DNA of 64,000 bases from contig OX638154.1 of NCBI GenBank assembly GCA_951804945.1, positions 9,610,001 to 9,674,000 on the forward strand, written 5' to 3'. This document shows, piece after piece, positions 1 through 12,180 of this stretch. The notes under the pieces were generated by a model. It made no database searches. It worked only from the letters and a program-made list of their open reading frames with translations, and was not told where the DNA came from. The position numbers and the translations under genes are program-made. The stretch's first letter is position 1, and every line of letters starts with the position of its first letter. The stretch is from Podarcis cretensis. Its lineage: Eukaryota.

Positions 1-712
1 TTCGGGTCACCTTCAAAGGTAGCCCCACATAGAGCGCATTGCAGTAGTCCAAGCGAGAGATAACTAGAGCATGCACCACTTTGGCGAGACAGTCCACAGG
101 CAGGTAGGGTCTCAGCTTGAGTACCAGATGGAGCTGATAAACATCTGCCCTGAACACAGAATTGACCTGTGCCTCCATGGACAGCTGTGAGTCCAGAATG
201 ACTCCCAGGTTGCGCACCTGGTCTTTCCCCATTCAGTTACCCCATTCAGGACCAGGGAGTCCTCCACACCTGCCCACCTCCTGTCCCCCCAAAAACAGTA
301 CTTCTCTCTTGTCAGGATTCAACCTCAATCTGTTAGCCACCATCCATCTTCCAGCCGCCTCCAGACACTCACACAGGACCTTCACCGCCTTCACTGGTTC
401 TGATTTGAAAGAGAGGTAGAGCTGGGTATCATCTGCATAATGATGAACACCCAGCCCAAACCCCCTGATGATCTCTCCCAGTGGCTGCATGTAGATGTTG
501 AAAAGCAAGGGGGAGAGGACAGAACCCTGAGGCACCCCACATGAGAGCCCAGGGGTCTGAACCTCACCCCCCGACTTTCTGAACATGGCCTAGGAGGAAG
601 GAGCGGAACCACTGTATAACAGTGCCCCCAGCTCCCAGCCCACTAGACGGTCCACAAGGATGTTATGGTCGATGGTGTCAAGAGCCGCTGAGAGATCCAG
701 CAGAACTAGGAA
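1..712 (-). mobile_element. L2-clade LINE reverse transcriptase fragment (5'-truncated, disrupted; continues past window start)
   Basis: Minus ORF 233..586 reads [18 protein letters not shown]...[10 protein letters not shown]...[13 protein letters not shown], the PQG and YADD motifs of L2/CR1-superfamily RT. Similarity ends near the (TA)n run at about 715. Confidence 0.85.
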
Positions 713-1419
713 ACATATATATATAAATAGATGTAAACTGCTTTGATATTTTTATGATAATAGCAGTATATAGATATTTTTAAAAATAAATAAGTAAAAC
801 TTTGCAGTTACTTGACTCTCATATACTGCTACAGAACATAAATAATTGTATCTCTTGTATTTGGGGAATTTCCTGTTCGTTATAGGTCAGCATTCCCAAC
901 CTGATGTATTCCAATGTGTTGGGCTACAATTTTCATCATACTATCCAGGGTTGATGGGAGTTATAACCTAAAGCATTTGTAGGTTACCAGGTTGGGGAAG
1001 ATGGATCCAAGCCAATAGACAAATGGCTAGTTGTACTTGTGAATTCATAACCCTGAGCAGACTTTTATATAATAGGCTGAGTCCATTCATCTTGATCATA
1101 GTCTCCACCTACCCATTGCCAGGATAGGTAGCTGCCATATTGGTGAGCTGACAGTCATTTGTTGATTAAGCCTGAAAGGGAAGAGGCGCGGAAAAACAAG
1201 GTGTAATGGACAGAGAAACTAAACACTATGCCCTGTTTCTACTATAACCTTGCATTCTGTTTAGTTGGAATTTCAAGAGGAAGTATGTTTTTGCTCAAAA
1301 GTTCAAAAATGAAACATACACAGGAAGAAATGTAAAACATGTTACTGTTTATGGGAAAGAAATTTTAAAATCCATGTTTAAAATATGCAATTCTTTGTAT
1401 CATTTCTCTTCAACATCAG

Positions 1420-2293
1420 CTTTGGATGACAAAAGTGAGCAAAGCAATGACGATGAACAAAAAACAATCAAACCCACAAGTAAGGAGTTCAAGAAAACTT
1501 GGGGGTTTCGGAGAACTACAATTGCAAAGCGTGAAGGTTTAGGGGATGCTGAAATGGACATCACCGAACAGTCATCTCCACAGCAGCAAAGTCTGGCTCT
1601 TAGGCGTAGTGGGCGACAGCCCAAACGCACTGAACGGGTAGAAGAATTTCTTACAACTGTAAGGCGCAGAGGAAGAAAGAATCTTCCCACAGCTCTTGAG
1701 GACTTCAGCGAGCCAGCATCCTGCCATGTTACTGACATTGAAACTGCTTCTGAAGGCAGTGTAGAAAGCATGTCAGATGTAAAAGCCATGTCTCAGAAGT
1801 GTCACTCCAAGGACATTAAGGGCCAGCCAGCTGGGAAGGGGAGAGCCACTAAAGAACATGACTATGAGGAAAGGGAGGATGATTCATCTGACAGTGATAG
1901 TGATGGGTTAACACTGAAAGAGCTACAGAACCGTCTAAGAAAGAAATGTGTCGAGCAGAAACCTACAGAACTAACTCTGAAAGAGTTACAGAATCGCCTC
2001 AGGAAAAAACATCAAGAACAAAATCCTACAGAGACAGTTGATGTCCAAGCAGGCAACCAAATTAAGACTGAAATAGCTGTAAAGCAAGAACCAGAAAGTA
2101 CAGGCAATACCGAGGCTGGAGATCAAGGAACAGTTCCCAAAGAAATGAGTGAAGCAGTTCAGGTTAAGAAAGAAGGAAGATCTCCTGCGCATACTGGGGA
2201 TGAACCTGAAGAATCCAAAAAGAGGAAATCAGAGTCTGAAGTTTATGATCCTAGTACTCTGTACTGTATCTGTCAGCAGCCTCACAACAACAG
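1420..2293 (+). CDS. DIDO1: DIDO1 coding exon 1 in window (N-terminal region, start of PHD finger)
   Basis: Acceptor ttctcttcaacatcag|CT TTG GAT GAC. Encodes DDK...KPTSKEFKKTWGFRRTTIAKREG...LRRSGRQPKRTERVEEFL...YCICQQPHNN(R). Donor AG|gtatta. Confidence 0.93.
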
Positions 2294-2497
2294 GTATTAC
2301 CTATTTATTTATTTCATAAAATTTATACACTGCTTGATTGTAAAAAAAAAAACCCTCAAAGTGGTTTAAAAAAGATAAATGAGGAAAATCAAGAAAAATT
2401 CACACCCATACTTTATAATATACAGAAGTTAAAATAGTTTTTCACAAACTATTTTTGTGAAATAAACCCCGCCACCAAATAGTTTCTAAAATAGCTA

Positions 2498-2713
2498 CAG
2501 TGGTACCTCTGGTTATGAACTTAATTCATTCTGGAGGTCCATTCTTAACTGGAAACCGTTCTTAACCTGAGGTACCACTTTAGCTAATGGGCCTGCCGTG
2601 CCGCCGGCACGTGATTTCTGTTCTCATCCTGAGGTAAAGTTCTTAACCTGAGGTACCACTTCTGGGTTAGCAGAGCTTGTAACCTGAAGTGTTTGTAACC
2701 CGAGGTACCACTG
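2498..2713. mobile_element. TcMar (Tigger/pogo-like) MITE
   Basis: TIRs CAGTGGTACCTC...GAGGTACCACTG flanked by TA on both sides. Same family as 51765 and 59845. Confidence 0.85.
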
Positions 2714-2998
2714 TATAGTAGTTGGATAAAATCTTTAAACATGAAATAGACAGTTTTGAAATTTTTGCTCTTAAGAGACAGTCTATTATGTACAAGAACT
2801 TTTTATAGAGGTTTGAAAGTTTTGAGTGATAGAGGGATAGTTGTTGAATGCAGTTGAGAGAGCATGTATATGGAACTTTCAAACAACAATTTAATTTTGT
2901 GTTGCTCGGAATGCACAATTTAAAATACATCTGCTGTGCTACCACATGACTCTTCACATACATCTACCACTATTGTTCAGTCCCAGTAGTCTGAGATA

Positions 2999-3365
2999 AA
3001 GGTAAAGGTACCCCTGCCCGTACGGGCCAGTCTTGACAGACTCTGGGGTTGTGCGCCCATCTCACTTAAGAGGCCAGGGGCCAGTGCTGTCCGGAGACAC
3101 TTCCGGGTCACGTGGCCAGCGTGACATCGCTGCTCTGGCCAGAGCCAGAGCCAGAGCCGCACACGGAAACGCCGTTTACCTTCCCGCTGGTAAGCGGTCC
3201 CTATTTATCTACTTGCACCCAGAGGTGCTTTCGAACTGCTAGGTTGGCAGGCGCTGGGACCGAGCAGCGGGAGCGCACCCCGCCGCAGGGATTCGAACCG
3301 CCGACCTTTCGATCGGCAAGTCCTAGGCGCTGAGGCTTTAACCCACAGCGCCACCTGCGTCCCCT
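2999..3365 (-). mobile_element. Sauria SINE, full length
   Basis: Minus strand starts GGGACGCAGGTGGCGCTGTGGGTTAAA, has B-box-like GGTTCGAATCC and ends in ACCTTT repeats. 12-bp TSD tagtctgagata at 2987-2998 and 3366-3377. Confidence 0.9.
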
Positions 3366-3489
3366 TAGTCTGAGATACAGAAGTTCTAATTTAGGGTGGA
3401 AGCGTTCATATGGTCTAATCTGTCAAGAGGGAAGTAGTGCTCTGAATTTTCAAGAAGGGAAAATGCAGTTTTGGGAAGGCTTGTTATAG

Positions 3490-3740
3490 GATTATGGAAC
3501 CATAGAGTTGGAAGGGACCCCGAGAGTCATGTGGTCCAGCCCCCTGCAATGCAGGAATCTCAGATAAAGCAACCATTACAGATAGCCATCCAACCTCTGC
3601 TTAAAAACCTCCAAAGAAGGAGAGTCCACAACCCTCCCGAGGGAGTCTGTTCCACCGTTGAACAGCTCTTCAACATCAGAAAGCTTTCCCATAAGTTTAG
3701 TCAGAATCTCCTTTCTTGTAACTTGAAGCCATTGTTGTTC
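3490..3740 (-). mobile_element. CR1 LINE 3' end
   Basis: Minus strand translates VVDSPSLEVFKQRLDGYL (CR1 ORF2 C-terminus), followed by the CR1 3' UTR GTCCCTTCCAACTCTATG. Confidence 0.8.
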
Positions 3741-4060
3741 CTGAGTAGTCTGTAGGAATGCAAAGGTGCAAAGAAAGACAATTGTATATGGGTTTAGCAA
3801 AGCAGTGGGAGTCATATGTAGGGGTGAAATTGCATCATTTACTGAGACATTTGGGCATTTAATTATGTAAAGAAAAGAGTTAAATGGGATAATGAAGTAA
3901 GCTTTTGTCTGATTTCATATAGATGTGGGATCTTTTTTATTTACTGTTTTGGTGATATGACTAATTTTATTGGCTGTATTTGATTGCAATCAGACAGATT
4001 TTGTAAAACTGAAGTATTTCACATTAATGATATATTTTTGCCAACCCTTTCCTTTTTTAG

Positions 4061-4379
4061 GTTTATGATTTGTTGTGATAGATGTGAGGAATGGTTTCAT
4101 GGAAACTGCGTAGGGATTTCAGAGGCTCGTGGGCGACTCTTGGAAAGGAATGGGGAGGACTATATCTGCCCAAATTGCACCATTCTGCAGGTGCATGATG
4201 AGACAGTTATGGATGCAGACCAACAACAAACCATGTTGGGACAGGTAACAGGTGATGGCACAGAGCTTACAAGCATAGGAACTGTTGAGCAAAAGTCCAT
4301 TGAAGACCAAGGAATCAAGGGACGGATTGAAAAGGCTGCTAATCCCAGTGGAAAGAAAAAGCTCAAAATATTTCAACCA
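4061..4379 (+). CDS. DIDO1: DIDO1 exon: PHD finger body
   Basis: tttttag|G TTT ATG ATT. FMICCDRCEEWFHGNCVGISEARGRLLERNGEDYICPNC...KLKIFQP. Donor CCA|gtgagt. Confidence 0.97.
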
Positions 4380-4570
4380 GTGAGTATTTAATTTGTAGTG
4401 ACATGAGGCTAAGTGTGTTTCTAGTGCAACTGTTCTGGTTCAGAACTGAAGTGAAAGAAAAAGTCACCCTAGGTATAATTAAATTTTGTATTTTTTGTAT
4501 GTTAGTTATTGTATTAAGCAAATACACTACTTAGATATAGGTAATTCATTATACTTAGTGAATCAGAATA

Positions 4571-4925
4571 CAGTGGTGCCCCGCAAGACGAACGCCTCGC
4601 AAGACGGAAAACCCGCTAGACGAAAGGGTTTTCCGTTTTGGAGGCGCTTCGCAAAACGAATTTCCCTATGGGCTTGCTTTGCAAGAAGAAAATGTCTTGC
4701 GAGTTCCTGCGGGTTTCCCCCCTTTTTTCCCCCTTTTCCTAAGCCGCTAAGCCACTTATCAGCTGATCCGCTGATAAGCCGCTTAACAGCTGGTCGCTAA
4801 AAGCCGCTAAACCGCTAATAGCGCTAATCCGCTAAACTGTCAATGGGCTTGCTTCGCAAGACGAAAAAACCGCTATACGAAGAGCCACACGGAACGGATT
4901 AATTTCGTCTTGCGAGGCACCACTG
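4571..4925. mobile_element. TcMar (Tigger-like) MITE with internal CCGCTAA-type tandem repeats
   Basis: TIRs CAGTGGTGCCCCGCAAGACGAA / TTCGTCTTGCGAGGCACCACTG, TA TSD, many intact CpGs. Confidence 0.85.
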
Positions 4926-5400
4926 TACTAATATATTTTAGAAGAGGAAATAGGGGAAATATTGCTCATTCTTAGCTACCTTTGTTGCATCTGTATGCTG
5001 TTCTGTCATTCTGTCTTGGTTCTCCCTTGCTATAGGGCTATAATTTGATGTTTGTTTGTTTAAATGTTACCAAGTTTCTTAGACATTACATTAACAAAAT
5101 GCTTTCTCTTTTCTCTCTATTTCCTATCCCCTAAGTATCTCCTTCCACAATTGTCCTATTTATCCTATATACAAAGAAGGAAAAGGTGGGGTGAGGGAAC
5201 AACATATTTGATGGAATAGTCATAGCACACACTCCCTGCTGCATGAATATCAGTTTAAGATATAGAAGAGCTATCCATAACCATAATTTCTTTTTGTCTT
5301 CTGCTTCAGTTATTTTAAAAATAGGGAACAGATTATTATGAAAGCCTCTACTCATTTCTGAATCTCAGAAGTTGCTAATTGCTTCTAGGTTTCTGTATAT

Positions 5401-5530
5401 CAGGAATAGGAAGTCTTTGACCCTGCAAATGTTAGTCTGCAATTCCCATCATCCCTAACTATTGGCTATTTCAGCTAGGTTTGATGGAAGTTGGAGTCCA
5501 AGAACATTTGGAGGATCAAGCTCCATGCCT
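5401..5530. mobile_element. Short palindromic hAT-like MITE, degenerate
   Basis: aattcccatcatcc...gatggaagttggagtcc inverted structure. Related to 20006-20142 and to copies near 890-1000, 19160-19290 and 58150-58257. Confidence 0.55.
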
Positions 5531-5542
5531 ATCAAGGCTATA

Positions 5543-5752
5543 CAGTGGACCCTCCGGATATGAACTTAATTCATCCAGGGAGTCCGTAATCGCCCCGAAA
5601 AGTCCATACCCGGTGGCGCCGCTTATGCGCATGCACACGGCGCAGTAGAGCGCTTCTGTGCGGCGAAACCTGGAAGTATACACTTCCGGGTTTGCCACAT
5701 TTGTAACTCGAAATTACATCACCCGATGGTAACATAACCTAAGGTACCACTG
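5543..5752. mobile_element. TcMar (Tigger-like) MITE
   Basis: TA-CAGTGGACCCTC...AAGGTACCACTG-TA. Confidence 0.8.
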
Positions 5753-6977
5753 TACATGATTTCAATTTCTGTTGTTAATTTTGTTGTAGAGTTGATTAGA
5801 TGTTACTAGAGAGTTCTGGCATTTTTATTGCAATGTGCCATAATCTAAATCCTTTTTCTATTGGTCTGAAAAGGCTGAAAAGGCCCAAATCTACTTACAC
5901 TTTATAAAATAAGTAAGATTTATAAAAAATAATCAGCATAACTGTTGGGAGATGAATTATTAAAGCAGATCCTTCTTCCACACATTTGATAATAAACCAG
6001 ATGACAGCACCAGATTCTGGAGGCAAATTATTATAGTAGACAAATTATGCAAATTTCACTTAATCTTACACTATACGTGATCTATAACTCCATGAGTAGA
6101 ACTTACCATGAACTAATATGGAATTTGCTAATCCCTAGTTTCTAGTAAAAACATAATTCAAGGCATACCTATTCTGGAATAGATTATCAAAGTGTGGAAC
6201 ATACCAGAAATTGGGGTGGAGGAAACAGAACAGAGTTGAGAGATGGGAGACCAACCAAAGAGTATTTAGAAAGTGAGGAATGGAGTACAGGGGGATGCAA
6301 AGGGAAGGAGAAATGTCCCAAATCAAATGAGATGTCTGCATTTCAGATTATCTCTTTACTTTCCCTACACTCATTCCGATGAGGTTCAGGCAAGGGCCCC
6401 AGGCTTCCACGGAGCCTTGGTGGGGGGGAGAGAAAGGGTGGAAAGCATTCTTTCTGTGAACTCCTTTCATTCACTTATGAATTCACACTGATTAGTCTAG
6501 ATAACAGCTCACCTTTACGTGGGAGGAATCCTCCCAGAAGGCAAAAAGTAGATTTCGCATCCCCACTGCCCTTGCTCGTAGAGGTTGTCACTGTGTCAGA
6601 ACTTAACATTACCTTCCTTAGTCAAGTAGACTAAGTAGACTTGACTATTTCTAAAAAAACAAAAACCCAAGTTCTACAAATCTTTTTAGAATGTACATCC
6701 AAACATACATGCAGAAACTTTGAGTAAGAAAAACACCTATAGATTGCAAAATGCAGACAGTCTTTAGCACATGAACACATATAAAAAAGATAGAAACAGA
6801 TGAAAAATAGAAGAGCAAACCACCATTAAGAAAAGCAAGTCTTTAAAATATATCTGAGCTTTGTCAAAGTGCATGTAAGACAGCTCTGTTTTTAGCATTG
6901 TTGTGTCAAAATCTTGCCAGTGATAAAGAGGTTAAACATTTTTCTTTTCTTTTTTAATTTCTTGTGCTGTTCTTCAG

Positions 6978-7184
6978 GTAGTTGAAGAGCCTGAAGCAGC
7001 CAGTTGCATTGGCCCAGGGTGTTCTAATGTTGCTCAGTCAGGTTCTGTGTACTGTGGTCATGAATGCATTCTCAAACATGCAGCAGCCACCATGAAGTTT
7101 CTAAGTGAAGGCAAAGAGCAAAAGCCAAAAGAGAAGACCAAACCAAAAGTTGAACGAGCTGTTGTCGTAAAACCTCAGCCTATG
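6978..7184 (+). CDS. DIDO1: DIDO1 exon (Cys-rich segment)
   Basis: Not in the ORF track; read manually. ttcttcag|GTA GTT GAA. VVEEPEAASCIGPGCSNVAQSGSVYCGHECILKHAAATMKFLSEGKEQKPKEK...QPM. Donor ATG|gtaagt; 207 nt. Confidence 0.95.
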
Positions 7185-7359
7185 GTAAGTCTGAATTGTT
7201 TTTGAAGTAAATAGCCCTTCCCACACCACACACAGAGGGAGATCTTGGAGGAACAGACATTTTGTAAAATAGAAAAAAAATCATTTGCATGGTAAAAGAT
7301 CCAGATTTTTCATCAAGTTATTTTGAGTGCTCCCATGATGAGATCTCATCATTCTATCT

Positions 7360-7650
7360 AACTAAGAACATAATATCTTTGCTGGATCAGAACAAATGCC
7401 TATCTAGTACACCATCCTGTTCCCTCTGTGGCTTATGAGAAATGCACAAGCAGGGCATTTCAACTGTTCTTTACCTTAGTATGGTAATTAATTTTCTTCC
7501 TGTAGTATATAACCATTGATAGCCTTATACTCAAGAAATTTAACTAATTCCCATTTAAAGCAGTCTATGTTGGTTATTATCATACTTCGATGATTTTATA
7601 CTGTGTGAAGAAGTATTTCCTTTTGTGTGTCCTGAATCTTCTATCCATTT
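7360..7650 (-). mobile_element. Old CR1 3'-end fragment
   Basis: taagaacataa...gctggatcagaacaaatgcctatctagt...catcctgtt. Same type as 40878-41100. Confidence 0.55.
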
Positions 7651-7758
7651 AGCTAATTTGAATGAGCACAACTTCTGGTGTTGTGGGGGGGGGGGGTATC
7701 ACAGTTTCCATCCTAAATCCCACCACCACCTTTGCTGTGAGAGCAGCATTATCATATA

Positions 7759-8017
7759 CCGTATTTTTTGCTCTATAAGACTCACTTTTTCCCTCCTAAA
7801 AAGTAAGCGGAAATGTGTGTGCGTCTTATGGAGCGAATGCAGGCTGCGCAGCTATCCCAGAAGCCAGAACGGCAAGAGGGATTGCTGCTTTCACTGTGCA
7901 GCAATCCCTCTTGCTGTTCTGGCTTCTGAGATTCAGAATATTTTTTTTCTTGTTTTCCTCCTCCAAAAACTAGGTGCGTCTTGTGGTCTGGTGTATCTTA
8001 CAGAGCGAAAAATACGG
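7759..8017. mobile_element. TcMar Tc2-like MITE
   Basis: TIRs CCGTATTTTTTGCTCTATAAGA / TCTTACAGAGCGAAAAATACGG, TA TSD. Opposite orientation to the copies at 18700 and 33904. Confidence 0.85.
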
Positions 8018-8920
8018 TATATGTCTGCTTTCCTTTACAGAATCATTAAAAGAACTGCTGTCTCTCCTAAGAATATGCTGTTTTATAGCACTAGTTACAA
8101 AGCAATCTACAACTTAGATTGTTAGCCACATTAAGACCAGAAGGTATCAAAAAACAAACAAACTCAAAACCAGTAACATTCCTTGAAAAAGACATTTGAT
8201 ACATCGCTGGCACACACATGTTCACAATTGCAGATTGGTGCCCCATTTGATCTCATTAAGCTGATACAGTTCTCATAATAGTCTCATACAGAGGTTCTTG
8301 TTTGTAAAAGCATACATGAGAACAGGGATCAGCACGCTAAGCTGTGCCTCACTGTTGCTCACCAACTCATGGAGAGCAAAGATCTACGTGTTTAATGGTC
8401 ATAGCAATAGCATAAAAATTTATTGCAGAATAGAGAATGATTTTGAAAACATTTGCCCTGTGCAGTCACTTGATCACGAGTGCACTAAACTCACTCTCTT
8501 CCCTGTCCCCTGCTGTCGCCCACCAGTTCAGGGAAGGGAAACCGCTGAAGTGAGGAACTTCCTGTACTCATGGAGGCTCCCCAAACAAATTAGAACCACG
8601 GTTAGGCGCAGGTTGTTCTTTGCTTCAGATCCTGTGCACCCATGTTAATCTATGGGTTGGCGGAACATCAGCTACAAACAGGTGCTCAACCACCTATTAT
8701 GATCTGCATTCACTTTGCTATAGTTTTGTGTTGTGCATACTATTGATCACAAGCCAGGGTTATAGTTTCTGGAGGTGGCATGCAGAGAACTATAATACGG
8801 AATTTTGTTGTATGAGATGTTTGCAAGTTCTCTAATACACAACGAACTGACGTCTACTCCTGTGATATGATGACTGTATTATTGCAATACTTAGTGATTA
8901 AGGTTCTGCTGGTTACACAG

Positions 8921-9146
8921 GCCGGTATCAAACCTCTCTCCGCACAGAAGAGACCAGCTCCTGAAAAAAGAGAGATTATCATGAAGAAAACCGTGGCAGC
9001 ACCCGTAAAGACCGAAGCAAATACTCAGACAGTTGCTAAAGAGCCAGCTTCAGAAAGCAGCACACCATCCTGGGCAAGCGATCATAATTATAATGCAGTA
9101 AAGCCAGAAAAGACTCCTGCCATTTCATCATCACTGTTGTTCAAAT
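8921..9146 (+). CDS. DIDO1: DIDO1 exon preceding the 18-kb intron
   Basis: ttacacag|GCC GGT ATC. AGIKPLSAQKRPAPEK...ESSTPSWASDHNYNAVKPEK...SLLFK. Donor AAA T|gtatgt. Confidence 0.95.
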
Positions 9147-11285
9147 GTATGTATTTCACAGGGATATACCTCTGCAATCATTACACTTTCCTTGAGTACC
9201 TTTCAACTTTTGACCCTGTTAAATTAGAAAGGGGTTTTAATTACGGTCTTTCCCCATCTTCAAAGATTTGCACACATACCTCTCAGGGAGAGTTTCAAGG
9301 CTCATATATAGAAATGACAACTTGGGGTTTTCTCTCAGGTTGTATAAAATGGCACTTAAGCGTATACTTGCAGGTTAACAAACCTATTATTTTTCATAGA
9401 TGATAGGTATGTTCTAATAGAAGGTAGGTAATGATAAACATTTATTTGTTTCCTAAGTTTATATAATGTACAGAGTAACTGTTTTGTTCACTTTCATTTA
9501 AGTCCCTATCTGCCTTTGCATTATGACTTAGGAATGTCAGGTCTACAAGGTTTCTGAATGATTCAAATGGATAATTTACATGCATACACAACCACACAAC
9601 TTTTAGGTATTAATTTTGGGGAGTTTTGGGAGGGGCTGATCCTCCTTCCAAGAATGTGACTTACATGAAATCATGTCAAGGCCCATCTTAAACCATAGGG
9701 ATTTTTATCTATGAAAGGTATGTGTCAGAGGCATTCGTCAAGGTAGAACAATAGGAGGAGAGTTCTCACCTTGAATGTCACAATTTTAAAGTATTTGAAG
9801 AACATTTTTGGCAATGTTTAGCTTATAAAGGTAAGTAAGTTAGCACTTTGCAATGTAAAAATGATTGTTCTCTTAGGCCTGTTATACTTCCTTCATTTAA
9901 ACAGTGTTGCAGGGTTTTTTTATTGCATGGCAAAAGGTAAAGGACTTAATGCTCAAATGTGTCAGACATATTTGTAATCCCCGATATAAGGCTCTGCATC
10001 AGTAACAGTAGAAAAAGACAAAACTCTTAGGTCTGCTACTAAAATAACAGTCTCTAAATGTTTGCTTGATTTCCACTGGAAGATGGCTTTGGTGAAACCC
10101 TGAAAGAATGGAGTTCCAGGGCTTGAGGAGAAGCCACCTTTCATTTCGGCCTGCTTTCATTTTGGGGGGTTTGACCAACAAAGTAATGCCTTTTGCTTGT
10201 CAGTGGCAGCCAAGAGCAGAAGGACTTGGTATCTAAGGCATGTAGGATTCAAACACCTTTATTTAAAACCTCCCGTAGGTTTGTTTCTCCTTGTCACTTT
10301 CATTAACCCAGCCCAGCCTTTCAACGAAATCTACGAAGCTTGCTAGCCCACCTGCCTGCACATAGCCCTATGGGTCACTTCTGGCACAACAGTCTGAAAG
10401 AGCCAGTTATCTTCCAGCTTACTAAAGCTTCCTTACCTAGTCACTTCAAGGCTACTTTGCCAGGCAAGTGGCTATTGAGAAGCCTAATCTCAGCAATGTC
10501 TATATCAATTGTACATTAACTGGTACATTATCAAAATGTGAGCATTTTTGTGAAATCCCATAACTAGCAGGGAAATTTAGAGTTGGAACTATCTTTTTGT
10601 CGTTGCTGTTATGCTTGAAAATGGACATATTCATTTAGTTTGCATTTAGTGAAGAGCTTTCACCATCTCTAGAAGCTGCTCCCACTTCAAGGTAAGTTCT
10701 ATGAATGTCTTCAGGTTATTTGTATCACTGCTAAACTACCAAATATAAATTCATTCATTGAAACGACTCCTTTCTCCTTCAGTGGTGGAGGTTATCCAGG
10801 AGTGGTTACTCCTCCCCCTTTCTTGGGAGGCAGTGTTATAAAGATTTGTATCTGTAGACTGATTAGTCCTGGCACTATGTGGGGTTGGGCATGTACAGAA
10901 GTCTTATTGATCATCACCTGATGGAGTAGATCTGGATCTCACATACATTACATGAAACTTCATTCATTTCCTTTCTGATCTCTGAAAAACACACTATTAT
11001 GGTAGATAGCAATAAGCTCTACAGCATTAGAGACATGGCACCCTACTATGCTCCATCTACTCTTGCATGTCTTTGCACTCCTCAGAAATATCTAAAGTAC
11101 TTATGACCCCATGATGATTGGATGCTCGCTGCACTGTAGTGCCTGGTCGTGAGTGTTCATTTTCCTGAAAAATGACCTTAAAAACATCACACTCTTAAAT
11201 TAGATGTTAGTAAAGGGAACTTTTTAGATAACTGCACTAGTTTCCTTTCATAATAGCTATAAGTTACTCTAGAGTTACTTTAGAG

Positions 11286-11470
11286 CAGAGGTTCCCAAAC
11301 TGGTCTGCAGGATTCATTCAAGTGGTCCATGACATGTCTCCAACAGTACAGTCTAGCACAGTGCATCACAGTCACTACAACAAACAGAGAAATCATTAAG
11401 TAGTCCTCCAAGACCCTCAGTAATTTTCAGGTGGTTTGTGTCTGTGTGTGGGGGATTTGGGGAAATGCTG
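11286..11470. mobile_element. hAT MITE, degenerate
   Basis: CAGAGGTTCCCAAAC...TTTGGGGAAATGCTG with near-identical 8-bp flanks ctttagag/ctctagag. Confidence 0.65.
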
Positions 11471-12064
11471 CTCTAGAGTAATTTTGTACAGTAAGGTCCT
11501 TTTCAGAGTTATGCTCAATACTTCACCCAGCACCTAGTGGGATCCTACTACACATTAAGCAAACACATGATACTGCTGTTCTGAGGAACTTCAGATGCAA
11601 AGAATAAAGGAGACACCATGCATATTGCTCTGGGCAAAACAATAACACTGTAGGGAGGAAAAGGATTCCCTGTTGCTCTAGTATACCTTGTAGGCTGATA
11701 GTGTACTGTGGGGAGGGGAAGAAGTAGCTTCAGTGTTATATATCCTATTACTGTGACAGGTATCTTACTATAACATCAAATGTCCCTTATCCATGATTAC
11801 ATTTTTTTTAAAAAAAATGCTCGTAGGGAGAGGGTTGGGAATTAGCAGATCAAGTTCTCAATTTGGACTTCTAGTCCTTGGCTATTGAGTCACTATCAAT
11901 GATTCAATGAAACTTCAAGTACTGAGGAAGGGAAGCCGTGTTCTGTACCCAAACATTCCTGTCACACCTTTGTCACTGTTTACAGGTACTCAGCCACTGG
12001 AGGCAAAATTTCTGTTACTCAGAAAAAGAGTGGGGTTTTCTTTCAGTCTTATTAGAGTGATTTA

Positions 12065-12180
12065 TTGTGGGTTATCCCATTTTACCCTGACAACAGCTTT
12101 GTAAGGCAAGTCAGGCTGAGAGATAGTAACTTCCCAGTGAATGTTCTAATTGAACAAGGTTTTGAACCTGAGTTCCCCAC
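12065..12180 (-). mobile_element. Old MIR-like SINE fragment
   Basis: acaacagctttgtaaggcaagtcaggctgagagatagtaacttccc...tttgaacctgag resembles an antisense CORE/MIR-type SINE. Confidence 0.4.

Noticed and set aside
1374-1419. ATG at 1374 (MFKICNSLYHFSSTS) as DIDO1 start
   Set aside because: It lies in the pyrimidine tract upstream of a clear acceptor at 1419, and the peptide resembles no DIDO1 N-terminus I know.
4735-4840. Short CCGCTAA direct repeats resembling an array
   Set aside because: Internal to a TIR-bounded MITE; no unique spacers; eukaryotic DNA, so not CRISPR.
9822-9830. Possible 9-nt in-frame microexon (ttag|CTTATAAAG|gtaagt) and a 19-nt one at about 10673-10691
   Set aside because: The donors are strong, but exons this short with modest pyrimidine tracts cannot be told from chance without reads.
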